64,000 nucleotides of DNA. Source: a virus. Both the position numbers and the translations under genes were made by a program. The notes under the pieces are model-generated. The model saw only the letters and a list, made by a program, of their open reading frames with translations. It ran no database searches and was not told the origin of the DNA. Location: IMG/VR virus record IMGVR_UViG_3300034374_007216, positions 1 to 64,000 of that record; one strand, given 5' to 3'. Positions 36,547 to 47,253 of the stretch are shown here, piece by piece. Position 1 is the first letter of the stretch. Every line of letters starts with the position of its first letter.

Positions 36547-38853
36547 ATGGGTAGCCAAAAGAAAGAAGCATTAGAAAAGTACAGACAACTGATAAGCGAC
36601 TACGAAATGGATTATCCCTTCAACACGATGAACATGATAAGCATTGACCTTATACCCGAAGGCGAAAAGGTTTCTGCAAAGATAATCAAAGACACAAAGT
36701 TACGAATCACAGCCGATGAAAACAGCAACATCGCTACATTCATCAGCAACCACCTTCCTGTATTCATACGAGCATGTCCACTCGTGCCACGACCCGGAGT
36801 TCTTGAATCAACACCTGCCTACTCATCGAATGAGGCATGGAAAATCATTGAGCGTATTTCAAATAAGATGTTGAGCAAAGACAAATCACCAAAACCTATG
36901 TACGACAATGGCTACATTGACCCTTATGGTTCTATCATTATCATGCCTTATGTTAATGCTGACGCATCAGCAGTTGCATCTCTCGGTCATTACATTTACA
37001 TGGGTGAGGGCAAAGACGGTATCACCGCAGGTGGCGATGGCTTCAAGATGGCTGTACCACTTAAACCGATGAGTGAATGTTCCGTAGCAAATGATTTGAG
37101 AAAGCATGGCTTCGACCCTGCTAAACTTGAACTTGAATTCGTATCAGTAAATAATACAACTGCGAGAGATAGTTATATTGGCACAAGTAATTACATTGTT
37201 CAGTTGCGTGGGTGTGAAGGCCCAAGAGCAATCGCACCTGCACCAAAGGGCGTTACCATTAGTGGTACATTCCACGGTGAAGGTCGTATCATTGTTGAGC
37301 ATGTCTTCCTGTGTGCAGATGACAGCGAAGAAGAATTGGCGAAGTTAGAAGATGCCTTGCGTGAAGGTATGCCAAGCGGTACTGTTGTCATTCACCCAAC
37401 AGGGTGTCATCTTACTCACCATGCAGGACAGTGCATGAAGTATAATGTTCCTTACATAGCCTCAGCCAATGTCAAGGTTGGTGAACAATGGACTCAAGCG
37501 GCGGCAGGTTGGGTTGTCCTTGACCCCAATGGTACTTACGAGCCACAACCCTATGACATGACTGATTACATTGATGAGTTCATTCAAGGACTCAACTCAC
37601 AAATCGGTGGTTACGCTCGACAACATGGTTGGCTCTCCAATATGTTTCATCAATTCATGGGTGGCCCAATCAATGACCCACATCATACAGCAATTCTTGC
37701 AGGTGCGTTTGTTGGTTGGCTCGCTAAGGCAACCCTTTCAGTTGGTATGGGTGAAACAAGACACATCGTTTCTAACACAGAAGGTAATTTACCTCTTGTT
37801 CAAATGTCGCTTGCTACCATATACAGAAATAATTCTTACATAGTGAATTCGAGTGAGATTGGAGAGAGTTACTTATCAAGTAAAAGGAGGCATTACTATG
37901 CTGATATAGAAGCAACACCTATGTCTTGGAAATCTGTTGAGTCTATGTATCAAATTGTAGGCGATGCTTATGGTACGAAAATTGATTGGAGTACATCATA
38001 CGGTGGTGCGAAGTATCGCAAATCAATGAAGATGGGTTTAAACACTACTCGTGCAATCATTAAACTGTTGCGTCATCCTTCCGCTTCAAACCTCAAAGAT
38101 TTGTGCGACAAAGCCAATGCAAATGAACACGCAACACACAACACTAACTTCTTCTTTAGCAAATTCTTGAGCAAGTCTGCTCTTGATTGGGGTACAAAAC
38201 CACAACACATTCACACTCTTTCCCCATTCAATATGTTCTATGCAGGTCTTGATGTTATGAACAATCTTAATACATCATACAATACAAAATCATTTGACAA
38301 GAGAGTTGCGAATGTGCATAAGGAATACAAGTCGGAAACAATTGAATCACTTCGTAAATCTCCTATAGGATTACGAAGCGAAGGTTTGCTTCGTGAGGGT
38401 ATGAAAACTCTTAATGAAAATCAAAGACACCCAAGAGGTCAGCATTCCAATCCGGGTAACCTAAGCACATATATTCCTTGTGGTATTAACAATTGTAAAA
38501 GATGTGCTGAATACCTTGACCAAATGAAATATACACTCGTACAAAATATTCAATCGAATATTCCTGTTCAAGAGTCATTCGTTTTATCATTCCCTGTTCA
38601 ACTCATTGGTAAAGCAGTACATGAGGAATCAATGGAAGACTTATCAAACAAACTTACAGTGTGGAAGAACCTTCATACACAACTTAACACTTTTGAAAAA
38701 CGCCAAGCGATTGATAGCATTAAGAAAATAACGAAGTCAATTCCACATAATATAATGGCAAAGAACAACATACTGATAACAAAGATAGCCTACTTCTTTA
38801 GCACACTTGATGCAGAATTACTCATTTACTTTAACACAAATGGAGATGAATGA
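36547..38853 (+). CDS. Protein with PEP-utilising enzyme-like (phospho-His swivel) domain
   Basis: GTVVIHPTGCHLTHHAGQCMKYNVP resembles GGxTSHAAIxARExGIP. N-terminal FIRACP region may be a PPDK-like ATP-grasp. Confidence 0.55.
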   Translation: MGSQKKEALEKYRQLISDYEMDYPFNTMNMISIDLIPEGEKVSAKIIKDTKLRITADENSNIATFISNHLPVFIRACPLVPRPGVLESTPAYSSNEAWKIIERISNKMLSKDKSPKPMYDNGYIDPYGSIIIMPYVNADASAVASLGHYIYMGEGKDGITAGGDGFKMAVPLKPMSECSVANDLRKHGFDPAKLELEFVSVNNTTARDSYIGTSNYIVQLRGCEGPRAIAPAPKGVTISGTFHGEGRIIVEHVFLCADDSEEELAKLEDALREGMPSGTVVIHPTGCHLTHHAGQCMKYNVPYIASANVKVGEQWTQAAAGWVVLDPNGTYEPQPYDMTDYIDEFIQGLNSQIGGYARQHGWLSNMFHQFMGGPINDPHHTAILAGAFVGWLAKATLSVGMGETRHIVSNTEGNLPLVQMSLATIYRNNSYIVNSSEIGESYLSSKRRHYYADIEATPMSWKSVESMYQIVGDAYGTKIDWSTSYGGAKYRKSMKMGLNTTRAIIKLLRHPSASNLKDLCDKANANEHATHNTNFFFSKFLSKSALDWGTKPQHIHTLSPFNMFYAGLDVMNNLNTSYNTKSFDKRVANVHKEYKSETIESLRKSPIGLRSEGLLREGMKTLNENQRHPRGQHSNPGNLSTYIPCGINNCKRCAEYLDQMKYTLVQNIQSNIPVQESFVLSFPVQLIGKAVHEESMEDLSNKLTVWKNLHTQLNTFEKRQAIDSIKKITKSIPHNIMAKNNILITKIAYFFSTLDAELLIYFNTNGDE

Positions 38854-38854
38854 C

Positions 38855-40057
38855 ATGAGAAGAAACAAAAACAAACAATACAGAAAAGAGAAAAAGAAAG
38901 GAAACAAATTCAATTTGAGCAAAGCAAAACAATTAACACAAAAAGAAACGGAGATAACAACAATGAACAATTATAAAACAACAACGACGACAACATGGCA
39001 AACAAAAGCGGATTGCCACAGCGGTCAGCGTGTAGTATTCACTACACATGACGGCATAGAAATATTAGCAGGTGGTAAGAATCGTAGTGGTGGGTGGCAC
39101 AAGGCACACCCACTACCACAACTCGCCATAGGCCCAGATGAAACGATGGCTTCACCATCAATTCTCAAATCAAAAACAATCGTACCTCAAGGTTGGTCTT
39201 GCGAGCAACACTTGACGAACCCCGAACCACCAATCTTCGTGTACCTCGACTTTCCAGATTTCGGTGTACCCGCACTCAACAGATACTTTTGGTATGCTCT
39301 TGTTGATGACATCCGTGAACATGGTATCAAGTCTGTATCAACACAGTGTGCAGGTGGTCATGGTCGTACAGGTGTTCAACTTGCTATCCTTCGCTACCTC
39401 ATGGCTACTGATGAAGAGCGTGCTACTTATACCGACGCAGGTGTATTGATTGATTGGGTGCGTGGCGTTCACTGTACCCATGCTGTTGAAACCAAAGGCC
39501 AACAAGAATACATCGCTATGGTCTGCGACATTCCTGTTGGTGAGAACAAGATACACAGTTACTACGGTGGCTACTCTTACGGTGGAGGTAAGTCCTCTTT
39601 CTATCAAGGGGCTGATACGGGAAAAGTAACGACGGCTACTACTACTTCTAAGCAAACAAGTTGGGATGATTGGGATGACATTGAATGGAAGAGTAGTAGT
39701 CGTGATAAGTATGATGATGATATTGTTGAGTGTGATGCTTGCAATTCTCTTTCATTCGATATGGTTTCAATGACTTGTTCTAATTGTGATTACGACAGCG
39801 AGTATGCTGAATCAAAACTTCAACATCAATGTGAACAGTGTTTCTCTAACCGACCCTATGGTGAATTCCTTGCGGGTGATTTCATCTGCATACAATGTCG
39901 TGCTGATAACATGGGTATTAAACACAATGAGCATGAGGCTGAATGTTCAACCTGTAACAAAATGATTGACAACAGATACCTTTCTCAAATAGATAGCATT
40001 GATACATTCATTTGTCGCAAGTGCGATGCTGAACAATTGGAGAGTGAAGAACAATGA
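38855..40057 (+). CDS. Protein-tyrosine/dual-specificity phosphatase with Zn-ribbon tail
   Basis: CX5R P-loop QCAGGHGRTG, FPDFG loop, VETKGQ Q-loop and multiple CxxC. Confidence 0.75.
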   Translation: MRRNKNKQYRKEKKKGNKFNLSKAKQLTQKETEITTMNNYKTTTTTTWQTKADCHSGQRVVFTTHDGIEILAGGKNRSGGWHKAHPLPQLAIGPDETMASPSILKSKTIVPQGWSCEQHLTNPEPPIFVYLDFPDFGVPALNRYFWYALVDDIREHGIKSVSTQCAGGHGRTGVQLAILRYLMATDEERATYTDAGVLIDWVRGVHCTHAVETKGQQEYIAMVCDIPVGENKIHSYYGGYSYGGGKSSFYQGADTGKVTTATTTSKQTSWDDWDDIEWKSSSRDKYDDDIVECDACNSLSFDMVSMTCSNCDYDSEYAESKLQHQCEQCFSNRPYGEFLAGDFICIQCRADNMGIKHNEHEAECSTCNKMIDNRYLSQIDSIDTFICRKCDAEQLESEEQ

Positions 40058-40160
40058 TTGTAATTGAAATGGAAGATGATAATTTTATCGTAAGAGTATA
40101 TGATAGGGAAACAGGAAAAGATGTTGATTATAGAATTGATTATGTGGAAGGTGAAGAACA

Positions 40161-40616
40161 ATGATTGAAATAAAACATAACATGAGTGAGAAAGATTTTC
40201 AACAAGCGATTGATGAAGGTTTGATTCATCGAGGAACAAATGAAAAATACAATTGGCATCGTTATCACATCAAAGGTACACAAATCTTTTGGAATGAATA
40301 TCATTCTCGTAGGGATATTGAAACACTTGTCGAAGCAGGTCATGGTGGTATCGCTACCATTATGGCAGGTACACAATCTTCATGCAATTGGAAATCGAGA
40401 GAATATGCTTTACTTAAATATGAACACAGCAAGTTGAAACAGTTGGCTCTTGATACAGGTCTAATCAAACGCAACGGGAAACCCTGCACCGCATGTAAAT
40501 CAACCAACACTGAAACAGATGGACAACCACATTACATTGATGGTGGGTATGCTCACACTTGGTCGAGGTACTGTTTTGATTGTGAGCATAGCGAAGTCGG
40601 AGGTGCTACATTTTGA
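40161..40616 (+). CDS. Hypothetical protein with Zn ribbon
   Basis: CTAC...CFDC, with GGTGA SD. Confidence 0.6.
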   Translation: MIEIKHNMSEKDFQQAIDEGLIHRGTNEKYNWHRYHIKGTQIFWNEYHSRRDIETLVEAGHGGIATIMAGTQSSCNWKSREYALLKYEHSKLKQLALDTGLIKRNGKPCTACKSTNTETDGQPHYIDGGYAHTWSRYCFDCEHSEVGGATF

Positions 40617-43222
40617 ACAATAACATCATACACAAAATGGTTCGGGTCTTCGTGGGGTACGGAGAGCCTATCGAGATTGACGACAGGGGTGCGAACAAAC
40701 CCGACTATCCTTTCTTCCACAAGTTAGCATCGCAACAAACAATTGACGACTACCAACTTGTCGAAGCGAGTGAGCGATTCCATAAGTATCGTAACACGCA
40801 ACTACCTCAACTCCTTCGTGATGCGGGGTTGATTGAACAAGCCTCCGAAGTGAATCAGTTTCTTTTACTGATGAAAGAAAAGGGTGAGCGTGGTATGATT
40901 GAACGGGAACGCATACTGCAAGAACAAAGCGAAGCCGATAAGCGTATGCGAAAGGCATCGGCTTTGATTAGCAACGCACTCCGCAAGGGTAAGTCTGCTT
41001 TACCTTTGGTGAATGAAGTGGGCGATGCTCTCAAGTGCGAGCATGATGATGCTCTTGCTTTCATCGAGCAGGGTGTTTCGGTATGGAAGCCACCCACTTC
41101 TCTTCAAGTTCACTTCTCGGAGGTTGATGATAAATGGACAAACCGATGGGGCAATACTTTCACGAATAAAAGAATTGCACTGCACTACGAATACAATCCA
41201 TCACTCAATCAAGTCTTGAAGAATACACTCGGCTTCCCTGCCATCAAGTTCGATGGTGCAACTAAACTTTGGACAATACAAGATGATGTTGATGTTATCA
41301 ACAATGCTCTCAAAGTTCTCGCTGAGTTCCGTACTCCCGAAGGTTACATTCTCTTTGTTGATGAAGATTCGTTGAAGCGAATCAATGTATCAGCAACCAA
41401 ACAGAAATCTATAGAACACTCGACTGAAACGAAGGCGACCCTTATCAATGGCGGTACAAGTATTGAGTTAGTTATTCCTTACATACAAGATAAGTTCGTG
41501 CGTGAATGTATGATGAGTGAGGTCAAGGCTACGCAGGGTAGGAAGTTCGACCCCGACAAGAAGGTATGGACTATCGCTATCGGTGAAGCCTCTCCGCTTA
41601 TTGACCGCTTGCGTAAGTATGATGACGATGATGACGATGACGACATGACTCCGCTTCTCAAGTTAGCCGATGTGATTCAAGGCATACCCGAAGTGGCCGA
41701 CTACATGGAGGAGAGAGCGAAGCGTATAGCCATCAGTGGTGCTTCATCACTTGATGACGAGATGATAGTCGCTAAATTACAGGAAGATTTGATGAGTGTC
41801 TTTCCCGAAGGGCGAAGCCTCTATCCGTTTCAGTATGTAGGGGTACAGTTCGCTCAACTGTCGGGAGGGCGATGCCTCATTGGAGATGACATGGGTATCG
41901 GAAAGACGATACAAGCCATCGCACACATAGGACTCAACCAAGACAAACTACCTGCTCTCATCATTGTACCCGCATCGGTCAAGTACAATTGGCTCAAAGA
42001 ATGTGGTGCGTGGCTACCAGATATGACGAGTATTGTTCTTGAAGGGCGTAGTGGTGTGATACCGAATGCCGACATCGTGATATGCAACTACGATATTGTT
42101 GTAGGTCGGCAACCTGCTCTCATGGACTACGGTTTCAACATTGTCGTATGCGATGAGTCGCATTACCTCAAGAACAGTAAAGCAAAGCGTACTCAAGCCA
42201 CGCTTGAAATCGCTAAACAATCCGAGTCCGTTGTTTGTTTGTCGGGTACGGCAATCACCAACAGACCCAACGAGTTCTTCACGACGCTTAACTTGTTGCG
42301 ACCCAATGAGTTCCCTTCATTCTTCGACTACGGTATTCGATACTGTGCAGGTGAACAAACACGCTTTGGTTGGGATTTCAACGGTGCATCGAACACCGAT
42401 GAGTTGCACAATCGAACAAGAGATTTCTGTATTCGCAGACTCAAGAAAGAAGTCTTGACTGAACTGCCCGACAAGATACGCACGATACATACAGTCGAGC
42501 CGAGCAGTAAGGAAATCAAACGATACAACGAACTTCATCGTGCATGGATGGAGGAATACAACTCACTTGAAACATTACCCGCAGGTTTCGTACTCAACAT
42601 GCTTACTGCCTTGCGACATGAGTGTGGTCTTATCAAAGTACCATCGGCAGTACAATACATCAAGGAGTACCGTGAAATCACAGGCAAACAACTCGTTGTC
42701 TTTGCACATCACACTGATGTTCTTCGTGATACTGCGAACCTGCTTCGCCAAGACAAAGACCACAAGTGGAGGATTGGTGGTATCACAGGCGACATGCCAG
42801 CCGAGAAGCGACAACAGAATGTTGAGGCATTCCAAAACGGACAGTTAGATGTCATTCTATGTAGCACAGTGGCGGCGAAGGAGGGTATCACACTCACCAA
42901 TGCTGACACGGTTCTCTTCATCGAAAGAGAATGGACACCTGCATGGGAAGAGCAAGCAGAAGATAGGGTGAATCGTATCGGTCAAGAATCACAGTCGGTA
43001 CAGGCTGTATTCTTATCGGTGGCGAACACCATTGACGAGAAGTTCAACCATGTGGTTGAGAATAAACGAGCCGTCATACAAGCGGTACTTGACGGTGGCA
43101 CACTCGATGAGCGTGAGGGCATTGCCTCCATGCTCATTAAGACAATGATTGAGGCAGGTGATTTACCTGCTGATTTCTTAAACAAAGGAAAGAAAAAGGA
43201 GAAACAATTGAAGAGTATTTAA
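40613..43222 (+). CDS. SNF2-family (SMARCAL1/HARP-like) helicase
   Basis: DDMGIGKT, DESH, SGT and QAEDRVNRIG motifs. Two HARP-like segments (KFDGATKLW, KFDPDKKVW). Confidence 0.88.
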   Translation: MNNNIIHKMVRVFVGYGEPIEIDDRGANKPDYPFFHKLASQQTIDDYQLVEASERFHKYRNTQLPQLLRDAGLIEQASEVNQFLLLMKEKGERGMIERERILQEQSEADKRMRKASALISNALRKGKSALPLVNEVGDALKCEHDDALAFIEQGVSVWKPPTSLQVHFSEVDDKWTNRWGNTFTNKRIALHYEYNPSLNQVLKNTLGFPAIKFDGATKLWTIQDDVDVINNALKVLAEFRTPEGYILFVDEDSLKRINVSATKQKSIEHSTETKATLINGGTSIELVIPYIQDKFVRECMMSEVKATQGRKFDPDKKVWTIAIGEASPLIDRLRKYDDDDDDDDMTPLLKLADVIQGIPEVADYMEERAKRIAISGASSLDDEMIVAKLQEDLMSVFPEGRSLYPFQYVGVQFAQLSGGRCLIGDDMGIGKTIQAIAHIGLNQDKLPALIIVPASVKYNWLKECGAWLPDMTSIVLEGRSGVIPNADIVICNYDIVVGRQPALMDYGFNIVVCDESHYLKNSKAKRTQATLEIAKQSESVVCLSGTAITNRPNEFFTTLNLLRPNEFPSFFDYGIRYCAGEQTRFGWDFNGASNTDELHNRTRDFCIRRLKKEVLTELPDKIRTIHTVEPSSKEIKRYNELHRAWMEEYNSLETLPAGFVLNMLTALRHECGLIKVPSAVQYIKEYREITGKQLVVFAHHTDVLRDTANLLRQDKDHKWRIGGITGDMPAEKRQQNVEAFQNGQLDVILCSTVAAKEGITLTNADTVLFIEREWTPAWEEQAEDRVNRIGQESQSVQAVFLSVANTIDEKFNHVVENKRAVIQAVLDGGTLDEREGIASMLIKTMIEAGDLPADFLNKGKKKEKQLKSI

Positions 43223-43235
43223 ACTAACAAAGAAA
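43214..43235 (+). promoter_or_regulatory. Conserved early promoter motif copy
   Basis: agtatttaaactaacaaagaaa. A partial copy lacking the TATA part is at 43855. Confidence 0.75.
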
Positions 43236-43242
43236 AAAGGAG

Positions 43243-43521
43243 ATGAAAATTATGACAATGATAACAGAAATATATAGAATAAAAGAAGAAGGAACGGTAG
43301 TAAGCCTATGTGAGTTTCTTAATGAAACCGAATGGCATGAGGCGTTTTGCAAAAGATACCCCGAATACCATGACAATGATGACTTCGATATTCACGCACA
43401 CATCAGTAGTGATATGTGTGAAATTGAAGCAATGCTTCAAGCAGACCATAGGATTTGGTCGGTTGAATGGATTGAAGAAGCGGATTACTTTTTGATTCGT
43501 GAATGGGAGAAGGTGGAATAA
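43243..43521 (+). CDS. Hypothetical protein
   Basis: Acidic 92 aa with GGAG SD. Confidence 0.6.
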   Translation: MKIMTMITEIYRIKEEGTVVSLCEFLNETEWHEAFCKRYPEYHDNDDFDIHAHISSDMCEIEAMLQADHRIWSVEWIEEADYFLIREWEKVE

Positions 43522-43857
43522 ATGACATTGAAAGAAGAAAGACTATTGGCCTATCCTATTGAATGGGATGATGTAAAAAGGAACAACAAGTACCCTGCTG
43601 ACGACAATAACGACGGTTTCCACTATGGTATTGAGTGGATGGATGACGACAGATACACTGTTGCAGACATTACATGGTACAAGACGGAAGAAGAGCGATG
43701 GTCTATCCTCGCCCAACAATGCTTGAAGTGTGGTAGTTATGGACACATTACAGGACACCACGAAATGCCGAGAACTCACTCGCTTGACCAACTTGAAAGG
43801 TTTGGTTGGGATGGTATCAAAGAGTACATTGAATATGAGGAAAGCAAGGTGGAATAA
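43522..43857 (+). CDS. Hypothetical protein
   Basis: 111 aa, adjacent and co-oriented. Confidence 0.6.
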   Translation: MTLKEERLLAYPIEWDDVKRNNKYPADDNNDGFHYGIEWMDDDRYTVADITWYKTEEERWSILAQQCLKCGSYGHITGHHEMPRTHSLDQLERFGWDGIKEYIEYEESKVE

Positions 43858-43875
43858 CTAACAAAGAAAAAGGAG

Positions 43876-44325
43876 ATGAAAAATATGGATGAATATTGGT
43901 ATGAATATAGAGGATTGAGAAAGACAGACAAGCCCTTCTTACAATTGAGAAGGCTCGCCACAAATGGTGTATTACACATACAGGGGTACGGAAATGAGGC
44001 GAACAGACCATACGGTTTTGCTGATAGATTTTCAGCACCCGATGTGGTTGTTGAAGCGGTTGCCAAGCATGAACAAGAGCGTGAGTTTTCACTCGCAAGT
44101 GACGAAAAGTTATACTTTAGAAATGTGTTGGAGATTGTTCGCTACGCTGACGGCCACCAACTTATCATCAAGATTGAACACGATGACAACAACGACGACG
44201 GACAATTTGTTCTTGACATGGATTCAAGAGCAGATGGGTTGCTCAACTTCGCAGAAGAGAACGGACTTATCATTGATTGTAGCGATAAGCAACGATTCGT
44301 TTCAGTCGTTGGTGATGAAGAGTGA
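43876..44325 (+). CDS. Hypothetical protein
   Basis: 149 aa with GGAG SD. Confidence 0.6.
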   Translation: MKNMDEYWYEYRGLRKTDKPFLQLRRLATNGVLHIQGYGNEANRPYGFADRFSAPDVVVEAVAKHEQEREFSLASDEKLYFRNVLEIVRYADGHQLIIKIEHDDNNDDGQFVLDMDSRADGLLNFAEENGLIIDCSDKQRFVSVVGDEE

Positions 44326-44537
44326 GCGTGATGGCTACCATTTCAATTAAAGAAAGAATGCTTGACTACATCTTAGATGTAACAGAAAGAGGTGCATCAT
44401 ACTCGGCCAAACAAATTCATGAAAGAGTATTCATGAAGTACGAGCCACGACACATGCCGAGTGTAACCGCCATGCCTTCTTTCATCAAGAGAACAGGTGA
44501 GTTTAGACGAGAGTTTGAGATGTGGCGAAGATTATGA
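44322..44537 (+). CDS. Small winged-helix-like protein
   Basis: 71 aa, YSAKQIHERV...PSVTAM pattern. Confidence 0.45.
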   Translation: MSVMATISIKERMLDYILDVTERGASYSAKQIHERVFMKYEPRHMPSVTAMPSFIKRTGEFRREFEMWRRL

Positions 44538-44815
44538 GATGCTACAAGTGTAAAGAGAAAGCGTACCCGATGCATCCAGAATACAGGGTGTGTCGAGCAT
44601 GTTGGACAGGTATGAGGAAGAAGAAATGAAATGTCAAATAAATAATTGTGCTAATCAAACGAATATGAAAATAAACCGATTCAAAATAGGAGTAAGTACC
44701 ATGTACAAAATATGGGTATGTGAAGAATGTTATAAAAAAGGGGAATAAAAATGAAAGACGAATTAAAAATAAGAATTGAAACAGACGAATACATTTACGA
44801 AGAGTGGGTGATTGA

Positions 44816-45127
44816 ATGATTGACACAGACAAATACAAAGGGCATACACCCGTTAGGAAGGAATGGCCTCGTTGGTGCGAGGATTGGCTATACAGCATAT
44901 ATAATCGAAACGCATTGGTTGAAATCATCCCAAATTGGAATCAAGATAACAACCTTGCTTGCGACGCACCACTTATCCTTCAAGCATACGAAGAGAAATG
45001 CAAAGAAGTCAAGCGGTTGCGTGAACGACTCATCCGAGCATACGATTGGGTTGAGAAAGTAGTTCACGGTGATGACTCAGTGATGGCGGATTACACGGAA
45101 TATGTATGCGGAGATGAAGAAGAATGA
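44816..45127 (+). CDS. MIDTDKY-family protein 1
   Basis: MIDTDKYKGHTP...DAPLIL...EVKRLR. Confidence 0.7.
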   Translation: MIDTDKYKGHTPVRKEWPRWCEDWLYSIYNRNALVEIIPNWNQDNNLACDAPLILQAYEEKCKEVKRLRERLIRAYDWVEKVVHGDDSVMADYTEYVCGDEEE

Positions 45128-45453
45128 TTGACACAGACAAATACAAGTTAGTTAATGGAACAAGTTATGACAAGAGAACTGATGATGAAGTCATTAGAAT
45201 CTTAGAACACTGTCGCATGAATAACATCAGGGTCATCTTAGATTATGGCGACACTAAAACAGGTAAGTCTTGGAATGATAGATACGGTATTACAGGTAGG
45301 GTCGGTAGGTCAAGCGGTCAAATAAAAATCCCTATCCTTCTTCACAACAAAAGAAGTAATTGGGGAGGGGCTATGCTTACTCATTGTATAATCGGCATCA
45401 AAAGAAGTAAAGGTAAAGATACACTTTACAGATGGAAGGAGATGATTGAATGA
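45124..45453 (+). CDS. MIDTDKY-leader protein 2 (unrelated body)
   Basis: Same leader fused to an NGTSY...YGD..TG..W...GRSSG body. Confidence 0.7.
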   Translation: MIDTDKYKLVNGTSYDKRTDDEVIRILEHCRMNNIRVILDYGDTKTGKSWNDRYGITGRVGRSSGQIKIPILLHNKRSNWGGAMLTHCIIGIKRSKGKDTLYRWKEMIE

Positions 45454-45833
45454 TTGACACAGACAAATATGGAGATATGACTATGAAAGATATAACTGCA
45501 CCTATTGACGAAAAAACTGGTGAACCACAACAGATACCTGCAAGGTGGGAGGTTAAGTTGTGTTGGACAGAAGCGTATAGTATAATAGGCGGTGGTGAGG
45601 TGATTTGTAATCTAACAGGAAACAAAGACTCAGCAAACAGAAAGGAATGGGCTGAACTCATAGCAGACGCACCACTTCTCCTTGCCGAAGTCAAGCGATT
45701 ACAAGATGCACTCAAAGAGGCAGTTGAAGTTGTTAAGGAAATGGAGGGCATGGCATATGCTGGTGCTGATGCTGACAAGTTTGCTAACCATACGCTTGAG
45801 TTCATAGGGAATGTAAAGGAGTTGATTGAATGA
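45450..45833 (+). CDS. MIDTDKY-family protein 3
   Basis: ...IADAPLLLAEVKRLQ. Confidence 0.7.
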   Translation: MIDTDKYGDMTMKDITAPIDEKTGEPQQIPARWEVKLCWTEAYSIIGGGEVICNLTGNKDSANRKEWAELIADAPLLLAEVKRLQDALKEAVEVVKEMEGMAYAGADADKFANHTLEFIGNVKELIE

Positions 45834-46306
45834 TTGACACAGACAAATACGAAGGACATACAGAAGGTAAATGGCATTGCGAAACAGGGTCATCCATAGA
45901 GGGAGAAGAACAGGGAAGTGTTGAACTCATTTCTTCTCATTCCAAAGAGTTCCATGAGCGATGGTTGTCCGATGCTTCCCTTCGCCATGATGAGCAACAG
46001 GATGAAAACACAATGGGCGAAAGAACGCAACACCTCATTACCAACATAGCGCACATGTACCACCCCAATGATGAAGGGAGATATGGCATGTGGTATGAAG
46101 AGCATAACAGACTTGTGCCAGATGAGATTTGGCAAAAGGAACAACGAGCGAACATGCGACTGATAGAAGACGCACCACTCCTGCTCGCAGAAGTCAAGCG
46201 GTTGCGTGAAGCATTACAAAAGATGCTAAATGACTTTGAAACGAAGAAAACTGATATGTGGACTATGCGAAACCGTATAGAAACTATACTCAAAGGAGAT
46301 GATTGA
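45830..46306 (+). CDS. MIDTDKY-family protein 4
   Basis: MIDTDKYEGHTEGKW...ANMRLIEDAPLLLAEVKRLR. Confidence 0.7.
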   Translation: MIDTDKYEGHTEGKWHCETGSSIEGEEQGSVELISSHSKEFHERWLSDASLRHDEQQDENTMGERTQHLITNIAHMYHPNDEGRYGMWYEEHNRLVPDEIWQKEQRANMRLIEDAPLLLAEVKRLREALQKMLNDFETKKTDMWTMRNRIETILKGDD

Positions 46307-46699
46307 ATGATTGACACAGACAAATACGAAGGACATACACCTCCACCGTGGGAGTGCAACGACATAGAAGGGCGAGAGATATGGAAATGTCTTTTCAATG
46401 GGGAGTGCTTCACTGACCCTTCAACCTACGGTACAGATGGCTATGAAGAAGTAGTGATTGCGACCATGAATCCGTTATCGGATGACGAGAACGAAGAAGA
46501 GTTCACGACAATGATGACCAACAAAATACTCATGGCAGACGCACCACTTTTCCTTGAGGAAGTCAAGCGGTTGCGTCGTGTTCTTGAGGACATTGAATCC
46601 ATGATACCCGACAACCACGAAGAGATAAGCCCTATCTTGAGCGACATCCTTAGCGAATGCCACAGGGTACTACCCATGTTTAACGAAGTGATTGAATGA
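46307..46699 (+). CDS. MIDTDKY-family protein 5
   Basis: MIDTDKYEGHTPPPW...MADAPLFLEEVKRLR. Confidence 0.7.
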   Translation: MIDTDKYEGHTPPPWECNDIEGREIWKCLFNGECFTDPSTYGTDGYEEVVIATMNPLSDDENEEEFTTMMTNKILMADAPLFLEEVKRLRRVLEDIESMIPDNHEEISPILSDILSECHRVLPMFNEVIE

Positions 46700-46944
46700 G
46701 CCTTGAAAATGTTTTAGAACACTGTGGATTTAAAACCGCATTTGATTTTCTTTATCATCATCTTTCTCAAGATGAGTTGTTAGATTTGCTCGAAGCATAT
46801 GTCAATGCAGATACTTCGGGTGAACCTTACCAATGGATTAAAGAAATCGCAGAAGAGAGTTATGAGTATGTTGATTATCAACAATTAGCAGACGACAAAG
46901 ACGATGCGAAGTACAGGGAATGGGAGGACAGAAGGAATGGTTAG
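46696..46944 (+). CDS. Hypothetical acidic protein
   Basis: 82 aa, ATGA-coupled. Confidence 0.6.
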   Translation: MSLENVLEHCGFKTAFDFLYHHLSQDELLDLLEAYVNADTSGEPYQWIKEIAEESYEYVDYQQLADDKDDAKYREWEDRRNG

Positions 46945-47224
46945 AAGGTGTTCGTACTGCGATGAAGAGGGGCATACCCTAAAGGGTTGCAGGGAGTTGA
47001 AGGCGTACAACAAATTACAGGCTTCACTTCCCACACCAGATGTTGTACACATAGGTCATCCTTTGAAGTTAGGTCATGCACAACCATACCTTTGTGCAAC
47101 CAAGAAAGTAAGATGGCCGAACAAGTTATGGCATGACAACAAGTTCACTGATTCATTACCAATATGTGAAGAGTGTCTTGAAGTGTATAGTGCAACGACG
47201 GGAAAACAATTGAAGAGTATTTAA
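46937..47224 (+). CDS. Zn-knuckle protein
   Basis: CSYCDEEGHTLKGC (CCHC). Confidence 0.55.
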   Translation: MVRRCSYCDEEGHTLKGCRELKAYNKLQASLPTPDVVHIGHPLKLGHAQPYLCATKKVRWPNKLWHDNKFTDSLPICEECLEVYSATTGKQLKSI

Positions 47225-47237
47225 ACTAACTAAGAAA
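47216..47237 (+). promoter_or_regulatory. Conserved early promoter motif copy
   Basis: agtatttaaactaactaagaaa. Confidence 0.8.
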
Positions 47238-47253
47238 AAAGAAGGTGAAAATT

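Noticed and set aside
41621-41644. GAY microsatellite
   Set aside because: Poly-Asp linker within the SNF2 helicase.
44809-46699. Diversity-generating retroelement
   Set aside because: No reverse transcriptase recognised in the window and no TR/VR pair differing only at adenines.
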